Shown here: piece by piece, positions 33,801 through 46,200 of the stretch
Numbering within the stretch: the first letter of the stretch is position 1
Layout of the letters: every line of letters begins with the position of its first letter
Assembly (NCBI RefSeq): GCF_001949145.1
Contig: NW_019091357.1
Span: forward strand, 2,214,114-2,278,113
From: Acanthaster planci
Taxonomy: Eukaryota
Length of the DNA: 64,000 nucleotides
Reading direction: 5' to 3'
Made by a program: the position numbers and the translations under genes
The notes under the pieces: generated by a model
Database searches by the model: none
Told to the model about the DNA's origin: nothing
The model's input: the letters and a program-made list of their open reading frames with translations, nothing else

Positions 33801-36600
33801 GCTCATTCAATTTCAGAAGATTTAACCACTCTGCAGACTTCTTGACCTTGCGAACACAGTGGCCATTGTGGGAACAAAACTGTAAAGTTGAAGGGGAAAA
33901 AAAAAAAGAACCCGTTGTCAGAGAACTCCAATGCGTGTGCACGGTTCGATTTGCTGGTACCCGCGCCTTCTGACACGACTGTGGGGACAATGAAATCCCA
34001 AAGTTGACTATTTTTTCGGGAAGGACTTGAAAGGCCAGCCGGGACACTGCTAACAAACTATGGCATTCAGGAACAAAGCCTGTGAAAACACCGCCATCGA
34101 GGTAGAAAGAAAATGAAATTGGGGGAACAAAGGACTCAATAGAACTCCGTAGGAACAGGTTCAGTCCAGTACTGTCACTGCGCGTAAGGCTTAGTCGAAT
34201 AAAAACAGGTCACGGTTGTAAGGACCCCCATGCTAACCTGTGAGGTCAACGACCGAGACTAGGGAGCCAAAAGAGACAGAGAGAGAGAGAAGGGGGGGGG
34301 AGAGACTTTTTCCTGCAACTCTTGCTGGAAACGCCCCGGGGTCATACACGGCTTAGAATGGAGCGTAAATGCTAGTCCAAATTCTTGCAAGGCAAGGGGG
34401 GGGGGTTGCACGGTAATGGCAAAGTTGACCGTCGTGTGGAGGACATGACAGAATGGTGGTGGTGGCGGGGGGGGGGTTGTGAATTGAAAGAGGAAGAAAT
34501 CTACCGAATGGGTGTTAAAAATCCAAATTGCTGCAAATGGCCTCCCTGACGTTTATCCATCGTTAATTGAGCGAAGATGAAGCGCATCTGTAGCCCAGCA
34601 AGAGAACTATGAGCAGTGAATGGCGACCGGCTGATGGCAGATATTCGTTGAGATTAGTTGGTTAGACCCCCCCTCCACTGATTAGAGAACTACAGAAATT
34701 ATGGCAAGCTCGCCCATTCTGCGGGCCGGCATTATTTTGCCGAATGTGATTTATTCCAGCCAAGCGGTAAAGGTGGGCTAGCAGAGGTCGGGCTTGTCAT
34801 AAATTGAATAATCATATAAGAAAACCGAGAAAATAACCCTTGATGTTCCTTTTTAGTCATTGACCCCTCAAACGACATTGGGATTGTAAATAATTCTGCC
34901 AAGTTGTTTCTGTCGATTCCAACGGAAAAGATTTTAAGATCATTACTGGAAAAAATGCCTCAGTTAAAAGCATTAAAATGAGAGCGGTGGCGTCGTGGCG
35001 CTGTGCATTATTTTGTATTCAGAGAGATTCTTCCTTTGCATAATTATACGGAATACAGTGACGTCATCACCAGGGCAACCAAACAGGTCAGACACGGGTG
35101 GTCAAACGGACTGACTCAGCGTGTGTCATAGTGACACTCGGGCCTTCGACATTTCCAACTTTAATGGACAGTGTTCCGCCGCCCAGTCCCCGCCACCGGC
35201 CATTTTTCCCTCCTTCCAATCAGCGTCGAACAAAGCAGCTCCAGATCTCGATAGAAATCTCGGACTGTGGGTTCATCAAGAACAGATTAAGATTCGGGAA
35301 ATGAAAGAGGGGTGTGTGAATTCGTAGAGTTCATGTTACGCGCCCAGAGAGATTAATTGTCGAGGATGGAGCAGCTTATAGCAGAAAGTTGGGCGGGTCG
35401 TCCCTAGCCTCCTAGGGCGTGGAAGGTGGCTTGTGAACTTTGGCCCCTAAAATACAACTTAACCCCCTCCCCGAAAGAGCTGTTTTAATATTTTGCTGCA
35501 GTTTCGCACAGATTTTGTTTTATTTTGTCAGAAATATCCCTTAATTCCTTCGCTGTACCCCAGAAAATCATTTTTGAAAATTTGTTTCCTTTAAGCTGTC
35601 AAATTTGCGAGCTTGTTCCCTTGAGAGGATGTAAATGTACTATTCCTCCCACCTTTGGCAATAGACGTAACTGGGTTGTCACTCGACATGTCTTGCTGAT
35701 AGCACTTTGGTTCGGTCACCTTTTGCACAGTGCGCATTACCCGGATTAAGAATGGTCAGCCTGTGGTCAGTTTGCGTGGTTAGTTTACTAACCATCGCAC
35801 TATCGGGGGTCACCCAGGACACGACCCATTCCTAGAGGCTGGAGAGATAGTGCAGGCAATTCGCAACCCAAACACGATGACCGAAAGGGGCGAAATTAGG
35901 CCGGTGAATATTAAAGGAATAATAATAATCATCATAATAAAAAAAAAGCGCCCGGTCACCTAGGCTTGGATTAATTGCTTGTCCTTTGTCTGTCCGCTTT
36001 TCTTCCAATTAAACCTCTCATCGGTGGCCTGAATTGGCCGTAATCTTGCGGTCATTCTGCAAAGTCGGGTTTTGGTCGTTGTTCAGGACAGAGGCCGTTT
36101 CCTTCCGGTTGAGCGGGCGGTAACCTCTTAAGCGGGCGCAAGAGAGGTCCGTTGTTGGAGGGGTACATTGTGCAGTTCGAGGGGCGATTTTGCGTTGGCT
36201 TTTCGTCATCGTTGGATCATTTACATCATAGAAGGCACACATGCCAAAAGGCACTCAAGACGATTGAACAGGGCAATTCTTTAAAAACTTCTTACGGAAG
36301 AAAAATTAATCTCGGTAACGAACTTCTATTTTTGAAAAAAAAAGAAAAGAATGATTGACATTCTATCGCCACATAAACCAAAAATGTCCATTTGGAAGAT
36401 AGGCCTGTGCACACAATAAAAATTAAGAATCATTATAAAAATATTGCCTCTTTTGCCTAAAACATGACTGTTTGGGACCAGGCCCGGTATTATGGGTTGT
36501 GCTGTTTTAAAAGGATACGAGGCAACGCAGCTCTCGCAGGGTGCACCCCCGTAAGTAGGCCAGAAATGTGTCCGCAGCGCTCATAAATAAAACTTATACG

Positions 36601-36834
36601 NNNNNNNNNNNNNNNNNNNNNNNNNNNNNNNNNNNNNNNNNNNNNNNNNNNNNNNNNNNNNNNNNNNNNNNNNNNNNNNNNNNNNNNNNNNNNNNNNNNN
36701 NNNNNNNNNNNNNNNNNNNNNNNNNNNNNNNNNNNNNNNNNNNNNNNNNNNNNNNNNNNNNNNNNNNNNNNNNNNNNNNNNNNNNNNNNNNNNNNNNNNN
36801 NNNNNNNNNNNNNNNNNNNNNNNNNNNNNNNNNN
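36601..36834. other. Assembly gap (234 N)
   Basis: Run of N. Confidence 1.
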
Positions 36835-37807
36835 GTTGGTGTCTATGGGAATTGATTTAAAGGTTGACGCTTTGCACTGGTAACCAGGACGAATGCCTCG
36901 TCCTAAAACATATCGGCGGCGTGGTACCAGCCAGAACTGGGAAAGCAAGGTATGGTTTTGAATAGAAGGCAATAGTGATACCGTGAGATGTTTTCAACCT
37001 AATTTACATCTTAGCTTTTTTTTGATATGACATTGGGAATTTCATCATTCTGTCTACCGGTCTTGCTGCTTTATGTTCGTCATCTGCCCAGACTCATCTG
37101 TCTGTCCTTACGTAGTTTGCTTGTTAATTGTTTGCCTATCTATCAATAAATTTATTTCCCAGAGATAATTTTAAACTACTAAATGCTTCACGTACTGGGA
37201 TATGATAGCAGCTTTCGACTTCGGGCACAAAAGTAACAATTCAGTGAACTGCTTTGCTTGTACTCCGACAGACCCACCCAAATTTCCGAATCACTAAAAC
37301 ACGCTGGTTTCTTTAGGAATAAACTGTACATTTCAAGGCACACGCCGCGATATGTGTTTACTGTGGACCTGAAGTGACAACGTTTGTGCTTGCTTGCCTC
37401 TTTTTGTAAAGAGCAGGTCGAAGAACTCGCCAGGGCATTTGCCATGTAATCTGCATGTATGATGTTCTAAGCCACCAGGGCAAATCCCTCTGCCACACTG
37501 TCATCAGACGAGGATCATTTCTTGCCATGATGTCCAATTTTTTTTTCTTATGGTCTTAATGAATAACGAAGGACATTAAAGATAGATTGGACGCAGACCC
37601 TTAGTCGTTAAAGTAGTCGTATCCGTCTAAGACGCCCGGGTGTCCATACCACCATCGTAATTCAAGCACGGAATGCGGCCCGCTACCAAAGGGGGGAAAA
37701 TGGAGAGGAACGGTGGCATTGGAATCTTGTCTGCTCTCAGGCCTTTTGACGGTACATGGCTGTCTTGAAGATCATACAGAATTAATGGGGGGGGGTGATA
37801 GATAAAT

Positions 37808-37846
37808 AGAGAGAGAGAGAGAGAGAGACTGAGATTGAGAGAGAGA
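37808..37846. repeat. Interrupted (GA)n microsatellite
   Basis: Direct reading. Confidence 0.9.
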
Positions 37847-40140
37847 GGCCCGAGACGCGCTAGAGCACAGCCGGGCGGATTACAGTCAAGCAGCGCGCCG
37901 GTTTCCGTTATCGCAGGCTAAGGTATATAGGCCCTCTCTGGCACCCAAGCTGGTGAAGAAAAAAGGGCGGATTAGGTTCGCTTCGCAACCAGGCTGGAGA
38001 GTGTATCTGTCAGCTCCAGCCCCTGCCACTCGGCTAGGAGAGCGGCGTGACGGCGTGGCGTGTCGAGGGGGAATCGACTTACAAACTCCCGGCATCCAGC
38101 GAGCTGTTCATGCTCAAATTTCCTCGGTCTCGTCTGGCTCTTTCTCATTTTTTTTAATTCCAAAAATGTGCTCGGTCCTCGCCAGCAACGCGATTCCTCT
38201 CTTTTTGTCGGGAAAATGAAATAAAAGAGCAATTTAAGGTCTCTGACAAAATAATAATTGTTTCACATTGGTGCCAATTTTGTTGTAAGCATATAAATGC
38301 TAGCTCAATGCAGTTGTTTTGTCCATAACCGATAACTGTTTATAATTTTTAAACTGAAGTAAATAAGAATTTTCACCACTTCTAAATACATATTCTCAAC
38401 TACAAACCTAACTTTGAGCAGAATAATCTCCATCCAAATGCAATGACACAAGAAATATTACCGGACACTCCTTGCTGTGTTTTAGAAGTAACTTTTTCTC
38501 TCTCTCTCTCTTTTTCAGGTGAAGTAACTTTCCTTGTAGAACAGAGAACTTTTCGAGCAAGATGATAAGTCGTTTTGCCCATAAGTCAGTTGGCTACGTT
38601 TTCGTTCCATGCATACTCACCTTTATCGACTAGTCTGAGTCACTGACGAAAATGTGACTTTTTGGTGTTTATACCGAGCATTTGTGCAGGCACCAATCTG
38701 CAATCTCGCTTTCTCATGAATCGGCGGGTCCCTGCTGGCTTTCAGAATCGCCGGTACGGAAATTTGGGGATAAAAAAGAAAACCTCAGCGAGCGCAGAGG
38801 CCAAGTTTCCATTTTGGCTTAATCCGCCCTGAGAGGACCGCAGGAAGAAGCCATGAGATGCAACAGAAGGGGGGGGGTTAGGACCTCAAAACGGAGACAA
38901 AAAAGGGGAGAGAAAAGACCTGTGACGACTGTAATAGAGACAGAGCTCGGCGGGCTTGTCGGAAGGCAGGGGTAGAAGAGTCGGTTTACCACGGCTGCAA
39001 TTCGTCGCCATCTGTTAAAATCTTACGGCGACCCGAACGGCTCAGCTCCGATGTAGCTGGGTTGCTTCACGGCGGTCCCGTCTCACACATTTCAGGCGGA
39101 TTAGAGACACATTAGCTCAGCTGTGCTCGTCCGTTGATACCTATCCAGCTACACTTGACCTGCGTCTCCCGGCCGGTTCCGGCCATTATTTACCCTCGAT
39201 TTTTCTCTGTTGGGAAGAAGAAGAAGAAGGGCAAAAGGAGCCCAGGGATTTGCTTTTACCCTGGGATGAAGTTTGACACTGTATCAAATATCACGGGTAT
39301 TTCTCTTGTTTGAAGTACCGGAATTATGGGAAAAGTTAGGCAAGAGTTGTCATAGGAAGATGTACATGGAATCTTTCCAAACTCACTCTGAAATTGTTGA
39401 CTTCGTCGTTTTCCATGTTTGTTAAAATTTATTTTAACAGTTCTAGCCCAATACAATAATTTTTTTTTCGTCACAGTCACAGAAACACAAAATACCGTAC
39501 TTTTCCAGACATCTTTATTTAACGAAAAGCAATATAAATTTTGTCCAACTCGACATCCATTCTACTTGGGAAAAGCGGGACAAAATTTCTCACAAAAATT
39601 AATGCATTTTGATTTCATTCACAGTGAAGTTTTTTTTATTGTTGAATATGGTTTGCACAAATTCTAACTGCAGACTTATATATATTTGCTGTAATCTTAT
39701 CATTTTTCATGTATTTAAGAAAAGAGAAGGCTCGTGATTGGAGCGTGTATACCCCGCAGTTGATGATTGGCAATATTTTCACAAGGTTGCGATTTTCGTC
39801 ACTTGTTACAAGTGGAGGGAGAGGGTGCGTTGGCCACTGTCCATTGTCGTCGTAGCCACTGTGCCCGCTCATGTTGACTTTACGAACAGAAACATTATGA
39901 ATTGGGGTTAATTTTGCCGCGCTTTCAAGTCATGTAATGAGGCGTCATCCAATTAATTGTGCGACAGCCGAAACTAAGGCCTCACGCACAAAAGAGACGA
40001 AACCCAAACAAGTTGCTGGAGAGGGGAAAAAAGGAAAGAAAAAAAAATATTCCTTCAAAATCGACCCAGGCTCTTATAAAGTTACCAGCAATTAAATTAG
40101 AACCCCTTCAGCCGTTTGTAGAGGCAGCACAGCGGTGTTA

Positions 40141-40205
40141 AAGCAGAAAAAAAGGAGGAAAAAAAAAAAAGAAAAAAAAAAGAAAAAAAAGATGAAAAAA
40201 AAAAG
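40141..40205. repeat. A-rich low-complexity tract
   Basis: Consecutive A-runs separated by G. Confidence 0.9.
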
Positions 40206-43200
40206 AGTTCGGAACAACACGATTAGCGCGTCGAGGACCAGGTATAGGCCCGTGGATGGAGAACAAGAAAGATGTAGGGATTTATTCATTCTCTCAAACA
40301 CCTCCAAGGAGCTTGGTGTTTCTATTCTTCCCAGTCTTTGTCCCAGTTTAGTATCATTTTTTTTTAAAGAAAGTGTTTGGCGAAGGACTGGGGGATATTT
40401 TGACAGCATTAACAGGACGGGTTTTTTTTTTAACTCCGTAGCGGGAGTACCCCCCTTTTTTGCCCCGCTATTTTTTTCTCTACCTCCTTCTAACCTCCGG
40501 CGCGGCTTGCAATCTTAAAAGATGACCAGCCGTTCATAAGATTCGGTCTTTTTTTTTGCCGTGACCGAAAATGAACTTGTGCCGTTGCTGTTGCTAAGTC
40601 GTGTTTTCTCACTGAACCCCCCCCTTTCGGTTCGGATCCTTTGTGTCTATGCCTGTTCTCCTCGTAACAACGAAACCAACCGTTCCATTGTGTAACAGGC
40701 GGGTATTATGCCTCTCCTTTTTCGCTTAACCAATTGCCATGGTGACAGGGGTGCCCTTATTGCCAAGTGATACCAATTTGGGCAGGCTGAAAACACGGAC
40801 GATTTCTAGTTTCACTGGAAAAGACAGTAAACACGGTTCTCGCAAGCACTTTGGAAGTGAATCCCAAAACTGCCATCGTCACGGTAAGCCAAAATATGTT
40901 TTTCTCAATTTCCGAAAGAACTATCAAGTTGTTTGATTATCAGAAAAAAAATGCAGCTGAAAGAGATAATTTGATAAAAATGTCTTTATTGGGGATGGAA
41001 AGGAAGCATCGAACCGGGGAGGATTTTCTTGAGCCTACAGCTCACGTACAAGGGCACCACTGCTTCCCCCACTCAGGAGCTTTGTCCACATTGCATCTAC
41101 TTAGAGTTTGAGCTAAAATTGTCTGTTTACCTGAGAAATTTTGTAAAAAGTCAAATATAACAACGAAATGGATTATTCGGCGATATTGGGTCAGTCTTGA
41201 TTCACCACAGTTCACAAAATGGAGGAGAAAATGCGCATTGGAATTTTAAGACCAAAAAGACATCGAAACAATGAAAATCCACCCCTTTATTTCTGTCTCA
41301 AAATGACACCCTATCACGCCACGCCGGTGGGCATCTTTAAAGGAAAATCTTGGGTGATGCCGTACAGAGGGACGAAAATTGCGCGCGCTTCTATTGGCTT
41401 ATTGGAGTAAACCTTCCCCACCAAACAAACACGTCTCTCTTGTTTCTATTGTCGCCAGTCGTTGATGGTAACTGTGTCCTGAACTGGAAACACTGTCATC
41501 GTCATTCGTTGTCATTGCTATCAGTGCTTCCTGCTTTCAGTGACAATGACGTCATCACTGTCACTTTATGTAACAGATGTCATTGAATATTTTGTCAGAA
41601 AAAAGTCCAGTTTATGTCTATACAAATTTCTGTCTCTCAGTCTGTATCTTGGGTTTCCCCGACAGCGTCGGTTTTTGGAAAGAGAAACCACCAAGTCGTT
41701 CTGACAAAGTCTTCCCTGATGACGAATGTACTTCCCGTCCGCCACCGCAGAATGTATTGTCTTCTGTGCATTTTAACATCTTTTTTGACTCCGGTTTCTC
41801 CGGTCTATACTCTGTTCCTTCTCGTCCCCATTCCCTGCCCCGTCCCAGTTCCGTCGGAGACGGTTTAATAACATCATTTCCAGCATCTCATTCTTGTCAC
41901 ATCTTTCAGCTCCTTCATGCATCTAGGCTATCTTCTGTCCCTCCATACGTCTCCCAAACACTTCCTCGTGATCCAACATTTCGTTTCGGATGGCTATTTG
42001 GCAGGCACTTTCAGCATCGCCTCCGTCTCTTCGAGCAGACAGGGCATCCTCGAAAGCTCAGAAGGCGGCATTAAAAAAAGAAATCGGCCATCCTTGCCGA
42101 GGGAGAATTTGTTCTTGGACACAGGTCAAGTTTAAACTCGGCCGTTTATATTTTTTCCCCGACGGGTACGTCAAATATGACGCATTTGCAGACCGCGAGC
42201 AACCGCTCCCCCAGATCGAGGCACCGCGTCGCGGACCCTCCCGTCAGCAACAGACGCGCTGCCCGCCCGCCCGCCGTGTCCTCACCAGTGCATAACGAGC
42301 TGATTTAATTCATCATGTCAGACGAAATTTTCCTCAAAAGTCCGCAAATACTCGCGGCTAATTTGTAATAATTACGAGAGCGACTCTAGCGGTTGTTGAA
42401 AGCCCGTGGAGAGAGCGTGTTCGGGCCTAATATCTTTCTCCCTCTTCCCTCTTCAAAAATCCCAAGACAAACCGACGCGGGTCTTCGTAGCGTCTCTCTC
42501 GGACCAACAGGAAACCCTTGATTCGTTCGAGCTGAGAGCAACCGGGGATTTTTTTTTTTTGGCGAGAGCTTGGATCTGGGGGCAAAAGGGAATAATTGCA
42601 TGACATTTGCAAAACGCAGCCTAAATACACGCCACTTCGGGAGTGGGGATGCCGATAATTCAAAGTGCCCCAAAACAAAGGCTTATCTGGGGGCACAGAC
42701 AGATTAGCGACCCTTGTGAGTTTGCATTTGGGGACTTTTGTATGGCGAAGGAGGGAAAATTTCTTTCTTGGGGCCCTTGAATTCTACATGAAGTAGATTA
42801 GAATTCTAATCGCGGTGCAATCGAGAGGAAGTTGTATTTATAATTGCCTGCTAAACAGCTGAGTTAAAAAAAGTTTGTCTTTTTATCACTCAGTGTCGTA
42901 AAAGTTGTCAAGATGCCGAGGGAACATTTCCCGTGTCCAAAACAGGAGAGGCCACGGCGGCTAATCTCGTTCTATTTTGTGACGTAATGAAAGTTTAGAA
43001 CGCTATTGACACGGGACGCCTTCAGTCGGGACGTTGTCTTAAGGCCGACACAAAACCTGGATTTTGCTGAAAATGTCGAAAGGCCGAATTCGACGTGTAG
43101 ACAGCTGTGTGATGATTAGTACCATGCACGCTGTATGCTTGTCCATTTGTGGCCCTCAAGGAAACTACGAACATTGTCCGTGGTGCAAGGTTTCCTCACA

Positions 43201-46200
43201 ACATTTTCTCAATCGAAAATAAACCAAGTTGTCTTTTCAGGTTTTCCAAGCTGTTTTTGTATACTAACTGGAGAGCAAAGTTGTCTTTAGGGGAACGTCA
43301 CAAATTTGTCCCTTGCAGAAGACCAAATTCAAGCAAACACTGTTGTCCCTTCTTTTTGTCTGCTTTATAATCCCCCACTTCCCCCCACCCTCTGCTTTAG
43401 TTACCATCTTTTGGCCACTCATCACCACTGTCCCCTGTCAAGTCTATCTTTGATCCAACTCGTCCGTCTTACGCTCCCCTCCACGCGGTGCAGGCGGAGC
43501 GCGCCCGACGCACCCCAAGCCCGCCCGTGTGCTGACCGGCTTGCTCGTCCGAGGCCCTCTTCCGTCCGTTCGCCTGCGTTCGTTCCTCGGCCTCGCGTCG
43601 TCGTGTCTTCTGTCTTTAATAAAGCTTCCCTCTAAACACCTTGGCCAAAGTCTGGACCACGCGTCGGGGGCCTCCCTGGTGTAACCTGGACCCCTCATCA
43701 TTGGGGAGAAATGGTAACGATTAGAGCCCGCGTACGGGGGGAGGTCACGGAGTCGATCAATCGTTCGTAGTGAACCCCGGACGATTACTAGGTCGCTTAG
43801 CCTAGATTTCTTCGGCAAGTTAAAGATTTCTTTCGGTCGAGTTGCGCCGCGGTCAGATGATCAAATTACGTATCTTATACAATTTGTTCATTGCATTTGC
43901 TATCAGTAAGTACTGGAAGACATTAATTGCATTTCGAAATAATTGGTTCAAGCCAGTTAAGTAAAACTACATCTTTTATTTTCCATGAAGATGTTGCACA
44001 GGTGAAACCTTTCATGTGCATCGTCGTATCGTCACACTTGCAATACATCCCGTGCAAGTTTAATATCCCAATTTGAGGTATTTGGATGAAACTGAACGCG
44101 CAGACCATCTTCCTCCTTGGCAAAAACTTCATCAGTGCTGACTAAAGAATTGCAGCCCACTTATAATCTAAAAAAAAACACAAAAAAAACTCGAAGCTTG
44201 AAATTTTCGGTTTCAAATATCCCTGTAATGACAAATTGGACAAAGGTGCGGGTCCTTTTTTTCCTGACGTGTTTGCAATGTCTGCGCCAAGCCTTCGTTT
44301 GTAGCGACGGCGCAGGTCGACGATGTACGCGACCACACGTAACCGGAGGATCTCAACTCCGTGTACTACCACATCCATCATTGTTTCTAACCAATAATTA
44401 ACCCACTTTTCGAGGTTTTTTCCTTCTTCTTTTCTTTAGCGCCCCTCGATTTTTGTATTTAATTCCACATCCGATTTCTGATTTCTAGATGGTGTGTGGG
44501 TGTGTGTCCTTATCCACATTGGCCGAACACGGATCACCCTACCACTTAATCGTATTACCAGCGGGGTCACGTCGTGTCGTATTTCTACATCTTTGTCCGA
44601 TATTTTCGCTCCACTCTGCACGTGTGACCGCAATCCGCGTGCGCTTGCTTCGCCCAAGTTCTTTGATCGAGTGGAAGTAATTAACGGCTTGAAATGAGAG
44701 CCCAGATTGATCGCGTTTGCTGACCCTAATAAAGTGTCAGCCCTCCTTGGTTTGGCTAGATTTGGGGGGGGAAAAATCTGTTTCATATATAGAGACCTAT
44801 CTTTTGTTTACAAACAGTGAGCGCCATTTTGCACGGGCGGCCATGACATGACGTGAATTCAACCGTGGTTGGCTACAGCGTAATAACAAAAATAGGGAGG
44901 GCACACCCACTACGAGAAGTCAGGTGCCTTCATTTCGCATCTGATATTGTGTCTGATTGTCACAGGATCCATGTTTCCTTGAACTTTTTTCACATGTGGT
45001 TGGCATAAGCTAGGATTTTGACGTAGTGAAAGGTTTTGTGAACGAAAGTCCAACCCAAGACAGAAATATTTTGGTATAGCATTATCCTTGACACCCGAAG
45101 ATACAACCGTGAAATTGTGTATATGTTTTAGGATTATTTGTTTTTTAAACGTCATTTGAACTTTTGCTTTGGAGACTGCAGTCAACAGGAAAGTCTTTCT
45201 CACACACAGACATGACAAGTTACTAGGGCTACATCCGAAACTGTTGTCTAGAGCTAGGTCTAGGTCTTCACTCCATTGGAAATACGCTGAGACGCGCAGA
45301 CAATAGACCTAACCGCAGCTCTGGAAGCCCGTTTCGGACACGGCCGTCATACACTTTGTTACACAAGTTGTCAGTTAAGCGCAGTGAGAAATTAAACTGA
45401 AGTGTTAGCACTTGACAAAATTTCCTTGAAGAAAGCCAGAGACGTACAGTCCTAGTTTCCCACCTTTCTTTTAACCGTGATCAGTCTCGCACATTCAAGC
45501 AGTGCCGGTCATCGGGAAACCTCTCAAGAAGTTATACAAATATCAAAATATAAAAGACAGGAACTCACGTTTTGAATTAAAAGAGAACGGAGGCAAATGT
45601 TGCTCTGTATCGATCTGAAATCTGTCCGTGGGATTTATTACAGACTTTAAAACATGAGCAATGGGCAAACCAGAATCGCTTGGTATGTCAGCCGATAGTT
45701 TGCAACATGCATGCAAATGAAACCTGCTAGCTTGCCCAAAACATGATAATAAATATTGATCGATGTTTTTAGCGCCCTAAGATGTCGTTAAGTGACTTGT
45801 AAGCATCTTTGTTCACTTGCGTTGTTTAGACATGATGAGATGGTGATGCCTTATTATTGTTGTTGACACCTCCGTCCGAAGTGGAACATCTCCTCGGCAA
45901 ATAAAGTGGCGCTGGGTAAAAACGCGACTAATCTCGAGACCATTCCACCGGATAATCACTTCGTATTGTCTCACAGAGAGAAGCCTTGTCATCTTCGAAA
46001 GCAGAGAGTCACGGAGGCGTCGACGAGTCTTAGTTTACCCAATCACCCCACTGTCAGAACAAGAGGAGCTTTTTATCCGCGTGAAAGAAAGGATGGAGAA
46101 AATATCGGAAGGTGGAGAAGTGTTTGCCTTACGCGAGAGAGGTTTTTGTGTCAACCGGCGCACCGTTGTTCGAAAATAACGGGGAGATAATCTGCCGATT

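Noticed and set aside
40092..40518. Lys-rich and Phe-rich ORFs
   Set aside because: Derived from the A-rich low-complexity tract.
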